A stretch of DNA of 64,000 nt from Candidatus Coprenecus sp. (GTDB taxonomy: Bacteria; Bacteroidota; Bacteroidia; Bacteroidales; UBA932). The stretch lies in the NCBI GenBank assembly GCA_045603545.1, contig JAZUMG010000030.1, positions 866-64,865 of the forward strand, given 5' to 3'. Under the pieces are notes generated by a model. It was given only the letters and a program-made list of their open reading frames with translations, had not been told where the DNA came from and made no database searches. Below, piece by piece: positions 9,750 through 18,850 of this stretch. A program made the position numbers and the translations under genes. Each line of letters begins with the position of its first letter. The stretch's first letter is position 1.

Positions 9750-10826
9750 TTACATTAGAGCAAATTAAAGATTTGCATCAGCGTCTGGATACGCTGGGGA
9801 GGTGTCTTTGACATCGATTCGAAGAGGGTCGAGGTAGAGGCCGCACAGGAGAAAACCACTGCCGCAGGGTTCTGGGATGACCCCAAAGGGGCAGAGAAGT
9901 TCTTGAAAGGGCTGTCAGCATTGAAATATTGGGTTACTTCCTATGATGATATAGCATCAATGTACTCTGATTTGGAGGTCCTCCTCGATTTTGCCAAGGA
10001 TGATCCGAGTGTAGAGGGTGATGTCGATTCGCAGTATGCATTGCTTCTCTCCAAAGTGGAGGATCTTGAAGCACGCAATATGCTTGGTGAGGAGGGTGAC
10101 AATCTGGGTGCTATCCTCAAAATCAATTCCGGAGCAGGTGGAACAGAGTCAAATGACTGGTCATCAATGCTTATGAGGATGTATATGCGTTGGGGTGAGA
10201 GAAATGGTTACAAGGTGAGTGTGGCAGATGTGGTGGAGGGAGATGAGGCCGGTATAAAATCTGTGACACTGGAGTTTGACGGAGAGTTTGCTTTCGGCTA
10301 CCTTAAGGCGGAGAGCGGTGTGCACCGTCTGGTCCGTATCTCTCCATTCAATGCACAGGGTAAAAGGCAGACCACATTCTCTTCAGTATTTGTATATCCA
10401 CTGGTAGATGATACCATAGAGATAGAGATCAATCCGGGGGATCTTGAGTGGGACACTTACCGCTCTTCCGGTGCAGGTGGACAGAATGTTAACAAGGTGG
10501 AGACGGGTGTCCGTGTAAGGCATATCCCGACAGGTATAGTGGTAGAGAATACCGAGACCCGTTCACAGCTTGACAACAGGCAGAACGCACTCCGTATCCT
10601 CAAATCGCACCTGTATGACCTGGAACTCAAGAAGAGACAGGAGAAGCAGGCTGAACTTGAGGGCCAGAAGAAGAAAATCGAGTGGGGTTCGCAGATCAGA
10701 AGCTATGTCCTCCACCCATATAAGATGGTGAAGGACCTCCGTACAGGATATGAAACATCAGATACACAGGGTGTCCTGGACGGAGATTTGAATGCATTTA
10801 TGAAGACATATCTAATGGAAGGATAA
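9746..10826 (+). CDS. prfB: Peptide chain release factor 2, expressed via a programmed +1 frameshift at 9806-9812
   Basis: ATG 9746 opens frame 0 (MITLEQIKDLHQRLDTLGRCL), which stops at TGA 9809. The +1 frame from 9810 continues DIDSKRVEVEAAQEK...FWDDP... into the 9903 ORF. SPF (RISPFNAQ) and GGQ (SGAGGQNVN) motifs are present. Confidence 0.93.
9796..9812 (+). other. prfB recoding signal: SD-like GGGGAGG, 3-nt spacer, CTT TGA C slippery/stop site
   Basis: GGGGAGG at 9796-9802, TGT spacer, CTT 9806-9808, TGA 9809-9811, C 9812. The layout is identical to the E. coli prfB site (AGGGGG-UAU-CUU-UGA-C). Confidence 0.9.
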
Positions 10827-10885
10827 CCATATCTGAATTCCGCGACCAATTTTTGCGAAATTTGGACGCGGCAAGGCAAAAAAAG

Positions 10886-10927
10886 AGTTCCCGCGTCTGA
10901 TTTTAGCAAAATTCGGTCGCGGGAACT
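10886..10927. terminator. Stem-loop between convergent prfB and the fumarase gene
   Basis: AGTTCCCGCG (10886-10895) pairs perfectly with CGCGGGAACT (10918-10927). A-rich sequence lies upstream and T-rich downstream. A second imperfect hairpin lies at 10840-10871. Confidence 0.55.
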
Positions 10928-10948
10928 GATTTATTATATGCGTATGTC

Positions 10949-12568
10949 TTACAGACCGAGCTTCTTGAAGAAGTCGTTGCCTTTGTCATCTACAAGGATG
11001 AATGCAGGGAAGTCAACCACGTTGATTTTCCAGATAGCCTCCATACCAAGTTCTGGGTACTCTACGCACTCGATGCTCTTGATGTTGTTCTGGGCAAGGA
11101 TAGCTGCAGGACCACCGATAGAGCCAAGGTAGAAACCGCCATATTTGTGGCAAGCGTCAGTTACCTGCTGGCTTCTGTTACCTTTAGCAAGCATAATCAT
11201 GCTGCCGCCGTGGCTTTGGAACAAGTCCACATAAGAGTCCATACGACCAGCTGTTGTAGGGCCCATTGAACCACAAGGCATTCCCTCTGGAGTCTTGGCA
11301 GGACCAGCATAGTAGATAGGGTGATCTTTTAGGTATTGAGGCATCTCCTCACCTCTGTCAAGACGCTCTTTGATCTTAGCGTGAGCGATGTCACGACCTA
11401 CGATGATAGTACCGTTAAGGCTCAGACGGGTAGATACAGGGTATTTTGAAAGCTCTTTAAGGATCTCTGACATTGGCTGGTCAAGGTTTATCTTGACAGC
11501 CTCACCCTCACCTGCATTGCGAAGTTCTTCAGGGATCAGACGTGATGGATTGTCATCAAGTCTCTCAATCCAGATACCCTCTTTATTGATTTTGGTCTTG
11601 ATGTTACGGTCAGCAGAACAGCTTACTCCCATACCTACAGGGCAGCTTGCACCGTGACGTGGAAGACGGATGATACGAACATCGTGAGCAAAATATTTAC
11701 CACCGAACTGTGCACCCAAACCGATCTTGTAAGCCTCTTCAAGTACAAGTTTCTCAAGTTCCACATCACGGAAAGCACGACCGGTCTCGTCACCTGTAGT
11801 AGGAAGGTTGTCGTAGTATTTGCAAGATGCAAGTTTTACGGTAAGAAGGTTTCTCTCTGCAGATGTGCCACCGATTACGAATGCGATGTGATATGGAGGA
11901 CAAGCTGCAGTACCCAAAGTTTTCATTTTCCCTACAAGGAATGGAACAAGGGTCTGAGGGTTAAGGATAGCTTTTGTCTCCTGATAAAGGTATGTTTTGT
12001 TGGCTGATCCACCACCTTTTGTTACACATAGGAAGTGGTATTCATTGCCTTCGCAAGATTCGATGTCGATCTGTGCAGGGAGGTTGCATTTGGTGTTCAC
12101 CTCGTCATACATATTAAGAGGGGCATTCTGTGAGTAACGGAGGTTCTCCTCGGTGTAAGTTTTGTAAACGCCAAGTGAAAGTGCCTCTTCGTCACAGTAG
12201 CCTGTCCACACCTGCTGACCTTTTTCGCCGTGGATAATGGCTGTACCTGTATCCTGGCAGAAAGGGAGTTTGCCTTTGCAAGCCACCTCAGCATTGCGGA
12301 GGAATGTAAGAGCTACATATTTGTCGTTTTCTGAAGCCTCAGGGTCGTTGAGAACTTTGGCCACCATCTCGTTGTGCTCAGGACGGAGCATGAAAGACAC
12401 ATCGCGGAATGCGGTGTTTGCCATCACTGTAAGACCCTCTTCAGCCACCTTAAGAATCTCGTGACCTTCAAATTCAGATGTACTTACATATTTCTCTGAA
12501 CCGGGGATTTTGTAGTATTCAGTCTTGTCTTCGCCAAGCTGAAACATAGGTGCGTATTTGAAACTCAT
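10949..12568 (-). CDS. Class I (Fe-S dependent) fumarate hydratase, single-polypeptide FumA/FumB type
   Basis: 539 aa; [19 protein letters not shown], and C-terminal GPTTAGRMD...GKGNRS motifs typical of class I fumarases. Confidence 0.93.
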   Translation of the reverse strand: MSFKYAPMFQLGEDKTEYYKIPGSEKYVSTSEFEGHEILKVAEEGLTVMANTAFRDVSFMLRPEHNEMVAKVLNDPEASENDKYVALTFLRNAEVACKGKLPFCQDTGTAIIHGEKGQQVWTGYCDEEALSLGVYKTYTEENLRYSQNAPLNMYDEVNTKCNLPAQIDIESCEGNEYHFLCVTKGGGSANKTYLYQETKAILNPQTLVPFLVGKMKTLGTAACPPYHIAFVIGGTSAERNLLTVKLASCKYYDNLPTTGDETGRAFRDVELEKLVLEEAYKIGLGAQFGGKYFAHDVRIIRLPRHGASCPVGMGVSCSADRNIKTKINKEGIWIERLDDNPSRLIPEELRNAGEGEAVKINLDQPMSEILKELSKYPVSTRLSLNGTIIVGRDIAHAKIKERLDRGEEMPQYLKDHPIYYAGPAKTPEGMPCGSMGPTTAGRMDSYVDLFQSHGGSMIMLAKGNRSQQVTDACHKYGGFYLGSIGGPAAILAQNNIKSIECVEYPELGMEAIWKINVVDFPAFILVDDKGNDFFKKLGL

Positions 12569-12602
12569 AATGTATATTTTATATGTTTTTTGTCTAATTC
12601 CA

Positions 12603-12610
12603 CAAAGGTA
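12603..12610 (-). promoter_or_regulatory. -7 promoter box (TACCTTTG on the minus strand) upstream of the fumarase gene
   Basis: Plus-strand CAAAGGTA about 35 nt upstream of ATG 12568. Confidence 0.4.
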
Positions 12611-12618
12611 TTAATTTT

Positions 12619-14286
12619 TTAGATAACTGTACCAGCAAGTTCTCCGGTGTGTGCGCCGTTCTTGATGGTCCATACGCCATTTACGAATACATGTTCGATG
12701 CCGGCATTGAACTTATGGGGCTCTACGAAACTTGAAAGGTCGATGATGGTCTCAGGGTTGAATACCACGATATCGGCTGCGTAGTTGGGGACGAGGAGAC
12801 CTCTGTCTTTAAGGTGAAGTCTCGATGCAGGGAGTGCTGTGGCCTTATAAACTGCAGTGGAAAGGTCGCAGATCTTGTCCTCTCGTACATATTTGCCGAA
12901 GAATCGGGTGAATGAGCCATATGAGCGTGGGTGTGGCATTGTCTCGCCAAGTGGGCCCTCAGGTGAGTAGACACTGCCGTCTGAAGCCGGCATTCCGAGA
13001 GGATGTGAGAGGAAGAGTCTTACATTGTCCTCGTGCATTGCGAAGCCGATGATATCAGGGTACAGTTTTTCGTCGATGAGCATTTTGCGGACAAATGGCC
13101 AAGGCTCCATGCCGGTCATCTCACAGCACTCTACAAGGTTTTTACCGATGAACTGCTTGTTCTCCGGGAGCTGGAAGCCCACTACCACTACGTTTTGGGG
13201 ACCACCGAGCCTCTTGAAGCGTGATTCTGCATATCTTCCGATCTCTGCAGCTTTCTTCTCGTCGATAAGGCGGGCAAGAACCTCTTCATTGGATCCCTGA
13301 CGGTCAGCAAGGGGGATGAAGGAGTTAAGTCCGGTAGAGAATGCGATATAAGGGTAGCGGTCAAATGCTACATCAATACTCTCAGCACGTGCCTCCTCGA
13401 TGAGTTTCAGCATTGCAGGACCTTTGTGCCAGTTGTTTGCATTCTGTGCTTTGAGGTGGGAGATCTGGAGACGTACGCCAGATTTGCGTGCAATGGCAAT
13501 AGCCTCTTTGATTGATTGCTCCACGCGGTCATCTTCGTTGCGCATGTGGATGGCGAAAAGACCGTCTTTGGCTGCCACCACTTTACAGAGCTCTACAAGT
13601 TCCTCATCGGTAGCGTATGAGCCAGGTGCGTATTCCAGACCGCAGCTCAGACCTATACAGCCGGCATCCATCTCATCAGCAAGGATCCCTTTCATCTTGT
13701 CCAGTTGTGCAGCAGTTGCTGCTACAGCATTGTCACCGACCACAGCGGAGCGGAGCTGCCCCTGACCTGTGTATGAACCGTAGTTGATGCCTATTTTATT
13801 TTTGCGGAGTGCGTCATAGAAGCCGTCAACATCTTGCCAGAATGGATATCCGTGGCGGATGGTGTCCTTCTTGGTTTTGAAATATGCATCTGAGTATGGG
13901 AATGGAGAATCTCCACAGTTGCCACCTATGTCGGTGGTGACACCCTGGAAGATACGGCTGTCACCTTTAGGTGCTACAAGCAGGTTGGTGTCGGTATGGG
14001 AGTGGATATCCACGAATCCTGGAGATACGGCCAGGCCGTGTACGTCCAGAATGTTGTCGGCGTAGTTTCCAAGGTTTCCGATAGCGGCTATCTTGCCGTT
14101 TTTGATCCCGACATCACCGATGATGGGTGCTTTGCCGTCCCCGGTATAGACTGTGCCGTTTTTTATAATTGTATCAAACGGGTTGTTTGTGCGGACTTTA
14201 GTCCCACCATAAAAACCTATTCCAAATGCTCCGGCAGCAATGGCTCCGGTCTTCAGGAATGATCTTCTTGAAATTTTTTCAGCCAT
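12619..14286 (-). CDS. N-acyl-D-amino-acid deacylase (D-aminoacylase) family amidohydrolase, Tat-exported
   Basis: Twin-arginine signal SRRSFLKTGAIAAG; PGFVDIHSHTD metal-binding HxH motif; ADIVVFNPETI near the C-terminus. Confidence 0.85.
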   Translation of the reverse strand: MAEKISRRSFLKTGAIAAGAFGIGFYGGTKVRTNNPFDTIIKNGTVYTGDGKAPIIGDVGIKNGKIAAIGNLGNYADNILDVHGLAVSPGFVDIHSHTDTNLLVAPKGDSRIFQGVTTDIGGNCGDSPFPYSDAYFKTKKDTIRHGYPFWQDVDGFYDALRKNKIGINYGSYTGQGQLRSAVVGDNAVAATAAQLDKMKGILADEMDAGCIGLSCGLEYAPGSYATDEELVELCKVVAAKDGLFAIHMRNEDDRVEQSIKEAIAIARKSGVRLQISHLKAQNANNWHKGPAMLKLIEEARAESIDVAFDRYPYIAFSTGLNSFIPLADRQGSNEEVLARLIDEKKAAEIGRYAESRFKRLGGPQNVVVVGFQLPENKQFIGKNLVECCEMTGMEPWPFVRKMLIDEKLYPDIIGFAMHEDNVRLFLSHPLGMPASDGSVYSPEGPLGETMPHPRSYGSFTRFFGKYVREDKICDLSTAVYKATALPASRLHLKDRGLLVPNYAADIVVFNPETIIDLSSFVEPHKFNAGIEHVFVNGVWTIKNGAHTGELAGTVI

Positions 14287-14290
14287 ATCT

Positions 14291-15319
14291 TTATTGTTTT
14301 ACTAATTGTGATTTCAGATTTTCGGTGTAGTATGTCTCCATCCCTCCATCAGCAGTCCCATATATGAGATACCCTTTGAGATCAGGTCGAGATGCAAGGA
14401 ATGACTGTGCCTCTTCCAGACCGATTACCATACAGTAGGTGGCATATGCGTCAGCAAGTGTGGCATTAGGTGCAATGATGGTGGCACTCAGGAGATTGTG
14501 CTTGACGGGATATCCGCTTACAGGGTCAATGGTGTGTGAGAACTTCTGCCCCTGTTCGATGAAGAATTTGCGGTAATTGCCGGAGGTGACAATCCCGGCA
14601 TCGGAAACCTCTATGACCCCGGTAAGGCTTTTACCAGCCTCCATGTTGCCATCCTCAGGTGTATCCACCCCTATTTTCCATAGATTTCCGGATGGGTTCA
14701 TCCCGCGGCAGTAGATCTCCATTCCCACCTCCACAAGGTAGTTGCAAAGCCCGAGCCTGTCAAGTTCTGCTGCCACTATATCGCACGAATAGCCCTGGGC
14801 AATGGCATTGAAATTGATTTTGAAGCGTGGATCACTCTTGATAAGTCTCCCCTCAGAGAGATATGCTTTCTCCATCCCCACAAATTGCTTTATGCTGTCA
14901 ATTTTATATTGGGTAACCTCCTCCCTGTTCTTGAATCCGAATCCCCATATGTCGAACAGTGGGGCGGCAGAAGGGTCAAATTTCCCATCAGTTTCGAGGT
15001 AAATCTCCGATGATGTTCTGTACATATCCTCAAACAGATGGTCGATGGAGTCGCTCTCGTTGCTGTTGATTTTTGAGATTATGGAGCCCTTGTTGTATCC
15101 TGAGAGCGATTTGTCTATTGACAGAAGGGCATTGTCCACAAGCTTTTTGAGTGAATCCGGGGAGATTCGTGTCCTGTGCCCTGAGGTGTCGAGGGGTGAA
15201 TATGTGACAGTGTATGTGCCCCCCTGGGCATATCCCGAGAATCTGTAATAGCTGTTTTGTCCCCGGCATCCGGTAAGAATCAGTAACAGAGTGAAGATAT
15301 GTACTATATGCTTCTTCAT
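14291..15319 (-). CDS. apbE: FAD:protein FMN transferase (ApbE family lipoprotein)
   Basis: Lipobox LLILTGC; AIAQGYS, TSGNYRKFF, HTIDPVSGYP and ADAYATY motifs. Confidence 0.88.
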   Translation of the reverse strand: MKKHIVHIFTLLLILTGCRGQNSYYRFSGYAQGGTYTVTYSPLDTSGHRTRISPDSLKKLVDNALLSIDKSLSGYNKGSIISKINSNESDSIDHLFEDMYRTSSEIYLETDGKFDPSAAPLFDIWGFGFKNREEVTQYKIDSIKQFVGMEKAYLSEGRLIKSDPRFKINFNAIAQGYSCDIVAAELDRLGLCNYLVEVGMEIYCRGMNPSGNLWKIGVDTPEDGNMEAGKSLTGVIEVSDAGIVTSGNYRKFFIEQGQKFSHTIDPVSGYPVKHNLLSATIIAPNATLADAYATYCMVIGLEEAQSFLASRPDLKGYLIYGTADGGMETYYTENLKSQLVKQ

Positions 15320-15349
15320 TTTTTTAATTCAGGTGGCACGATTTTAGTA

Positions 15350-15357
15350 CAAATTTA
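15350..15357 (-). promoter_or_regulatory. -7 promoter box (TAAATTTG on the minus strand) for the apbE cluster
   Basis: Plus-strand CAAATTTA about 31 nt upstream of ATG 15319. Confidence 0.45.
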
Positions 15358-15399
15358 GAAAAAAATGTTCATCTTTGTAAGATTAATGGAAAATGTAAA

Positions 15400-16422
15400 A
15401 TGAGGAATAAATATTTATTTTCGATCTTGGCTGTGGCGCTGACTTTTTTTATCCTGTCATCGTGCAAGAAAAAGGAGGAGGAGAAGGACTATATGATGGG
15501 CTCCGTGACTTTTGAATTCCCTGAGTACTGTCTCGTGGGTGCCAGGATAGATGCATATTGCACAGGCATTACAGAGCCTGCGGATGTTGAGTATTTTTGG
15601 ATATCATCCTCTTTGTTGGGTCAGGATACAGTTTTTTCACAGCAGATTACTTTTGAAATTCCAGATTCTGCAGCTTCATATATCGTGACAGCATATGCCA
15701 GAAAAGATGGCTATTACTCAAGTACAAGATCGGCTACCATTACAGCGATTGACCCGGATGTCAATTCCGGTTCAGTGTCCGGGCTCAAACCTTCGGAACT
15801 TACATTTACCGATGAACGTGACGGGGCGGTGTACCAATATGTAAAGATTGGAAATCTTGACTGGATGTCGGAAAATCTTGAATATGCAGGTGGCGCAGAT
15901 GGGAAAATCGGCACAGCCTATTTCGGTGAGGATGTGTTGAGGCAGGTGTTCGGTTCACTCTATTCGTGGAATGATGCTACAGGTGGAGTTGCCGGAACCG
16001 GACTCGGAGGAGGTCCTCAGGGTGTTTGCCCTCCAGGTTGGAGTGTCCCTACAGCTGAAGATTGGGAAGATCTGGCCTTGGCTGCTTGTGGTGAGGCTTT
16101 GAATTTCAATTCTACCTGGGAAGGTATGGCTGCCCATTTGGCTGTGGATGCCTATTTCAATGAATCCAGAATGTGGCCATATGCACCCAAGTTCCCCAAG
16201 AGCAATACTTTAGGATGGAATGCCATCCCATGTGGACACTCTACAGACAGATATACAAGATTCAGACACCTGATGCAGTACGGAATGTGGTGGAGCAGTG
16301 CTGAAATTGATGGAAAAGGTGCCTACAAGTACATATATTACAATACCTCGACAGTCCCTGCCCACGCTATAGACAAGGATGATTTCGGCGCTTCTGTAAG
16401 GTGTGTGCGACTGAGCGAATAA
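15400..16422 (+). CDS. Lipoprotein with a Fibrobacter succinogenes major paralogous (FISUMP) domain
   Basis: Lipobox FILSSC; C-terminal DERDGAVYQYVKIGNLDWMSENL...LYSWNDA...CPPGWSVPTAEDWEDL...VRCVR is characteristic of that domain. Confidence 0.78.
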   Translation: MRNKYLFSILAVALTFFILSSCKKKEEEKDYMMGSVTFEFPEYCLVGARIDAYCTGITEPADVEYFWISSSLLGQDTVFSQQITFEIPDSAASYIVTAYARKDGYYSSTRSATITAIDPDVNSGSVSGLKPSELTFTDERDGAVYQYVKIGNLDWMSENLEYAGGADGKIGTAYFGEDVLRQVFGSLYSWNDATGGVAGTGLGGGPQGVCPPGWSVPTAEDWEDLALAACGEALNFNSTWEGMAAHLAVDAYFNESRMWPYAPKFPKSNTLGWNAIPCGHSTDRYTRFRHLMQYGMWWSSAEIDGKGAYKYIYYNTSTVPAHAIDKDDFGASVRCVRLSE

Positions 16423-16446
16423 TGTCTAACCTAAAAATATACGCGT

Positions 16447-17040
16447 ATGAAAAAGAAAAAAATGTCCAGCTGGGTAATAGTACTTGGCGTAGCAGTAGTT
16501 CTATTCTTTTGGGTAAAAGGTGTTTACAACAATATGGTAACACTCGATGAGGGTGTGCAGACTGCCTGGTCGCAGGTAGAGAATGTATATCAGAGAAGAG
16601 CTGACCTTATCCCTAACCTTGTAAACACAGTAAAAGGTTATGCACAACACGAGTCAGCAACATTGGAAGGTGTGGTCAATGCCAGAGCAAAAGCTACTCA
16701 GATAACTGTAGATCCTGAGAACCTTACCCCTGAGTCATTGGCAAAATTCCAGAAAGCACAGGGTGAACTCTCAAGTGCACTTGGTAAATTGCTCTCAATT
16801 ACAGAGAATTATCCTGATTTGAAGGCAAATGAGAATTTCTTGCAGCTACAGGCCCAGTTGGAGGGTACTGAAAACAGAATCACTGTTGAGAGACAGAAAT
16901 TCAATGAGACTGCAAGAGAGTACAATACTACCATTAGAAAATTCCCTAACAATATTCTGTCAGGGATGTTCGGTTTCGAGAAGAAAGCATATTTTGAGGC
17001 AGAAGAGGGGGCAGAACGTGCACCTGAAGTTGTATTCTAA
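16447..17040 (+). CDS. lemA: LemA family membrane protein
   Basis: N-terminal TM helix, YNNMVTLDEGVQTAWSQVENVYQRRADLIPNLVNTVKGYAQHE. Confidence 0.9.
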   Translation: MKKKKMSSWVIVLGVAVVLFFWVKGVYNNMVTLDEGVQTAWSQVENVYQRRADLIPNLVNTVKGYAQHESATLEGVVNARAKATQITVDPENLTPESLAKFQKAQGELSSALGKLLSITENYPDLKANENFLQLQAQLEGTENRITVERQKFNETAREYNTTIRKFPNNILSGMFGFEKKAYFEAEEGAERAPEVVF

Positions 17041-17813
17041 TGAAAAGGTTTCTGCTTCTAGTTTTATTGGGCTTGAGCGTGTTCGCTCAGGCTCAAATTC
17101 CATCCAAACCATTGACAGAGGATGCAGTTCATGACCTGGCAGGGCTATTTACCTCAAGCCAAAGGGCAGAACTGAATGATCGTCTGATTGCCTTTGCCGA
17201 CACTACCACCAACAGGGTTGTTGTGGTGACAGTATTGGATATGGGTGGGATGGATGCATCTGAGTTTGCGTACAAGCTTGGCGAGAGCTGGGGTATAGGC
17301 GATGCCAAATTCAATAACGGTATCGTAATCCTTGTCAAACCCAAAACTGAGGACTCTTATGGTGAGGTCTTCATCGCTGTCGGCTATGGTCTGGAAGGGG
17401 CTCTGCCCGATGCTACAGCCTCAATGATAGTCAATAGGGAGATGGTTCCCAATTTCCAGCAAGGGGATATCTATGGTGGTGTAAAGGCAGCTGTCGATAT
17501 TATTCTCCCCATCATAGCAGGTGAGTATTCTGCACAGGAGTATGAAGAGTCTGGTGAGGGTGGACTTGGCGCTGCAATCGTGGTTATCGTAGTGTTCTGC
17601 CTTATCCTCTATTCCTTGAGCAAGAGAGGGAAGGGGAGAGGCAACAGCGGTACCAGAACAGGTGGCGGACCTACCATTATCACTACTCCTCGCAGTAGCG
17701 GAGGTTTCAGCGGTGGCTCCTTTGGCGGCGGCTCCTTTGGTGGTGGCGGCGGTTTCAAAGGTGGCTTCGGCGGAGGATCTTTCGGTGGCGGTGGAGCAGG
17801 TGCAAAGTGGTAG
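17040..17813 (+). CDS. TPM domain protein (YgcG-like) with a TM helix and a Gly-rich tail
   Basis: ATG overlaps the lemA TAA (TAATG). Signal peptide; VHDLAGLF...VVVVTV...WGIGD...NGIVILV...GYGLEGALPD; TM helix; GGFSGGSFGGG tail. Confidence 0.85.
   Translation: MKRFLLLVLLGLSVFAQAQIPSKPLTEDAVHDLAGLFTSSQRAELNDRLIAFADTTTNRVVVVTVLDMGGMDASEFAYKLGESWGIGDAKFNNGIVILVKPKTEDSYGEVFIAVGYGLEGALPDATASMIVNREMVPNFQQGDIYGGVKAAVDIILPIIAGEYSAQEYEESGEGGLGAAIVVIVVFCLILYSLSKRGKGRGNSGTRTGGGPTIITTPRSSGGFSGGSFGGGSFGGGGGFKGGFGGGSFGGGGAGAKW
17694..17810 (+). repeat. Low-complexity Gly/Ser/Phe coding repeat (GGSFGGG units)
   Basis: SSGGFSGGSFGGGSFGGGGGFKGGFGGGSFGGGGAGAKW, encoded by reiterated ggtggc/ggcgga/tttggc units. 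Confidence 0.9.
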
Positions 17814-17837
17814 AAAATCTGTTGGTCATATACAATG

Positions 17838-17868
17838 AACCCCTCTGGATCTTGGTCCGGAGGGGTTT
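17838..17868. terminator. Stem-loop terminator between the convergent TPM gene and phoH
   Basis: AACCCCTCTGG pairs with CCGGAGGGGTT (one G-U pair), followed by TTGTTGTTT. Confidence 0.6.
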
Positions 17869-17887
17869 GTTGTTTGGTGTTATCCTG

Positions 17888-18850
17888 TTATTCCTCTTTG
17901 TCAAAAGCCTTGACAATTTTGGTCACAAGTGGATGTCGTACAATATCTTCTGTCCCGAAGTTTATTACCGCTATCCCTTTTATGTTCTTTACCAGTTCCA
18001 CGCCCCTAAGAAGACCGGAGTCATTCTTGTGAGGGAGGTCGATCTGTGATGCGTCACCGGTGACTATAAATTTGGCATCGCGCCCCATGCGGGTCAGGAA
18101 CATCTTCAACTGGCCGATGGAGGTGTTCTGGGCCTCGTCAAGAATAACAAATGCACTGTCAAGTGTCCTTCCCCTCATATATGCAAGGGGGGCTATCTGT
18201 ATGATCCCCTCCTCCATAAGGGCCTGAAGCTTTTTGGGATGTATCATATCCCTCAAGGCATCATATAGCGGCTGAAGATATGGATCGAGTTTGTCTTTCA
18301 GGTCTCCGGGGAGGAATCCGAGCCTCTCGCCGGCCTCCACTGCAGGTCTGGTAAGTATGAGCTTCTTTACCTCTTTATTTTTGAGTGCTCTGACAGCCAG
18401 AGCTATGGCTGTGTAGGTCTTTCCTGTGCCGGCAGGGCCAAGGGCGAAGAGCAGGTCGTTTTTATAGTACTCGTCCACCAGACGTTTCTGGTTGCGTGTA
18501 CGGGCTTTTACCACTTTTCCGTCATTGCCATAGACGATATTGTAGGTGTCTTCAGGCATAGAGAGATCATCCTGGCTTACCTCAGGGAAGTTCTCATAGT
18601 CAAACAGTCTGTCCACATCATCCTCGTTGAGGTTTCTCTTCCTTTGTCTGATCTCTATCAGGGTTTTGAGCCTCTCTTCAAAAAGTTTTATCTCCTTTTC
18701 TCCACCTTCGAGATATATGTCAGAACCCCTTGCCACTATTTTCAGTTTAGGGAAATATCTTTTTATCCTGTCAAGTATCCTGTTGTTAACCCCGTAAATC
18801 TCCATTGGGTCCATCTCCTCAAGTGTGATAGTCTTCTCTTTAGTTGCCAT
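17888..18850 (-). CDS. phoH: PhoH family ATPase
   Basis: GPAGTGKTYTAIA Walker A, FVILDEAQN Walker B, FIVTGDASQIDLP. Confidence 0.93.
   Translation of the reverse strand: MATKEKTITLEEMDPMEIYGVNNRILDRIKRYFPKLKIVARGSDIYLEGGEKEIKLFEERLKTLIEIRQRKRNLNEDDVDRLFDYENFPEVSQDDLSMPEDTYNIVYGNDGKVVKARTRNQKRLVDEYYKNDLLFALGPAGTGKTYTAIALAVRALKNKEVKKLILTRPAVEAGERLGFLPGDLKDKLDPYLQPLYDALRDMIHPKKLQALMEEGIIQIAPLAYMRGRTLDSAFVILDEAQNTSIGQLKMFLTRMGRDAKFIVTGDASQIDLPHKNDSGLLRGVELVKNIKGIAVINFGTEDIVRHPLVTKIVKAFDKEE

Noticed and set aside
9903-9905. ATG 9903 as the RF2 start, as implied by the ORF track
   Set aside because: It would delete about 50 conserved N-terminal residues. The upstream sequence carries the canonical CTT TGA C frameshift cassette in the correct frame relationship.
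15334-15350. TGGCACG at 15334-15340, resembling a sigma-54 -24 element upstream of the FISUMP lipoprotein gene
   Set aside because: The -12 position reads TAGT rather than TTGC (GG-N10-GT, not GG-N10-GC). A single half-site is expected by chance.
12619-16422. ApbE flavinylation target among neighbouring exported proteins (D-aminoacylase, FISUMP lipoprotein)
   Set aside because: I looked for the Dxx(S/T)GA(T/S) FMN-attachment motif in both neighbours and did not see it. The adjacency is probably incidental.
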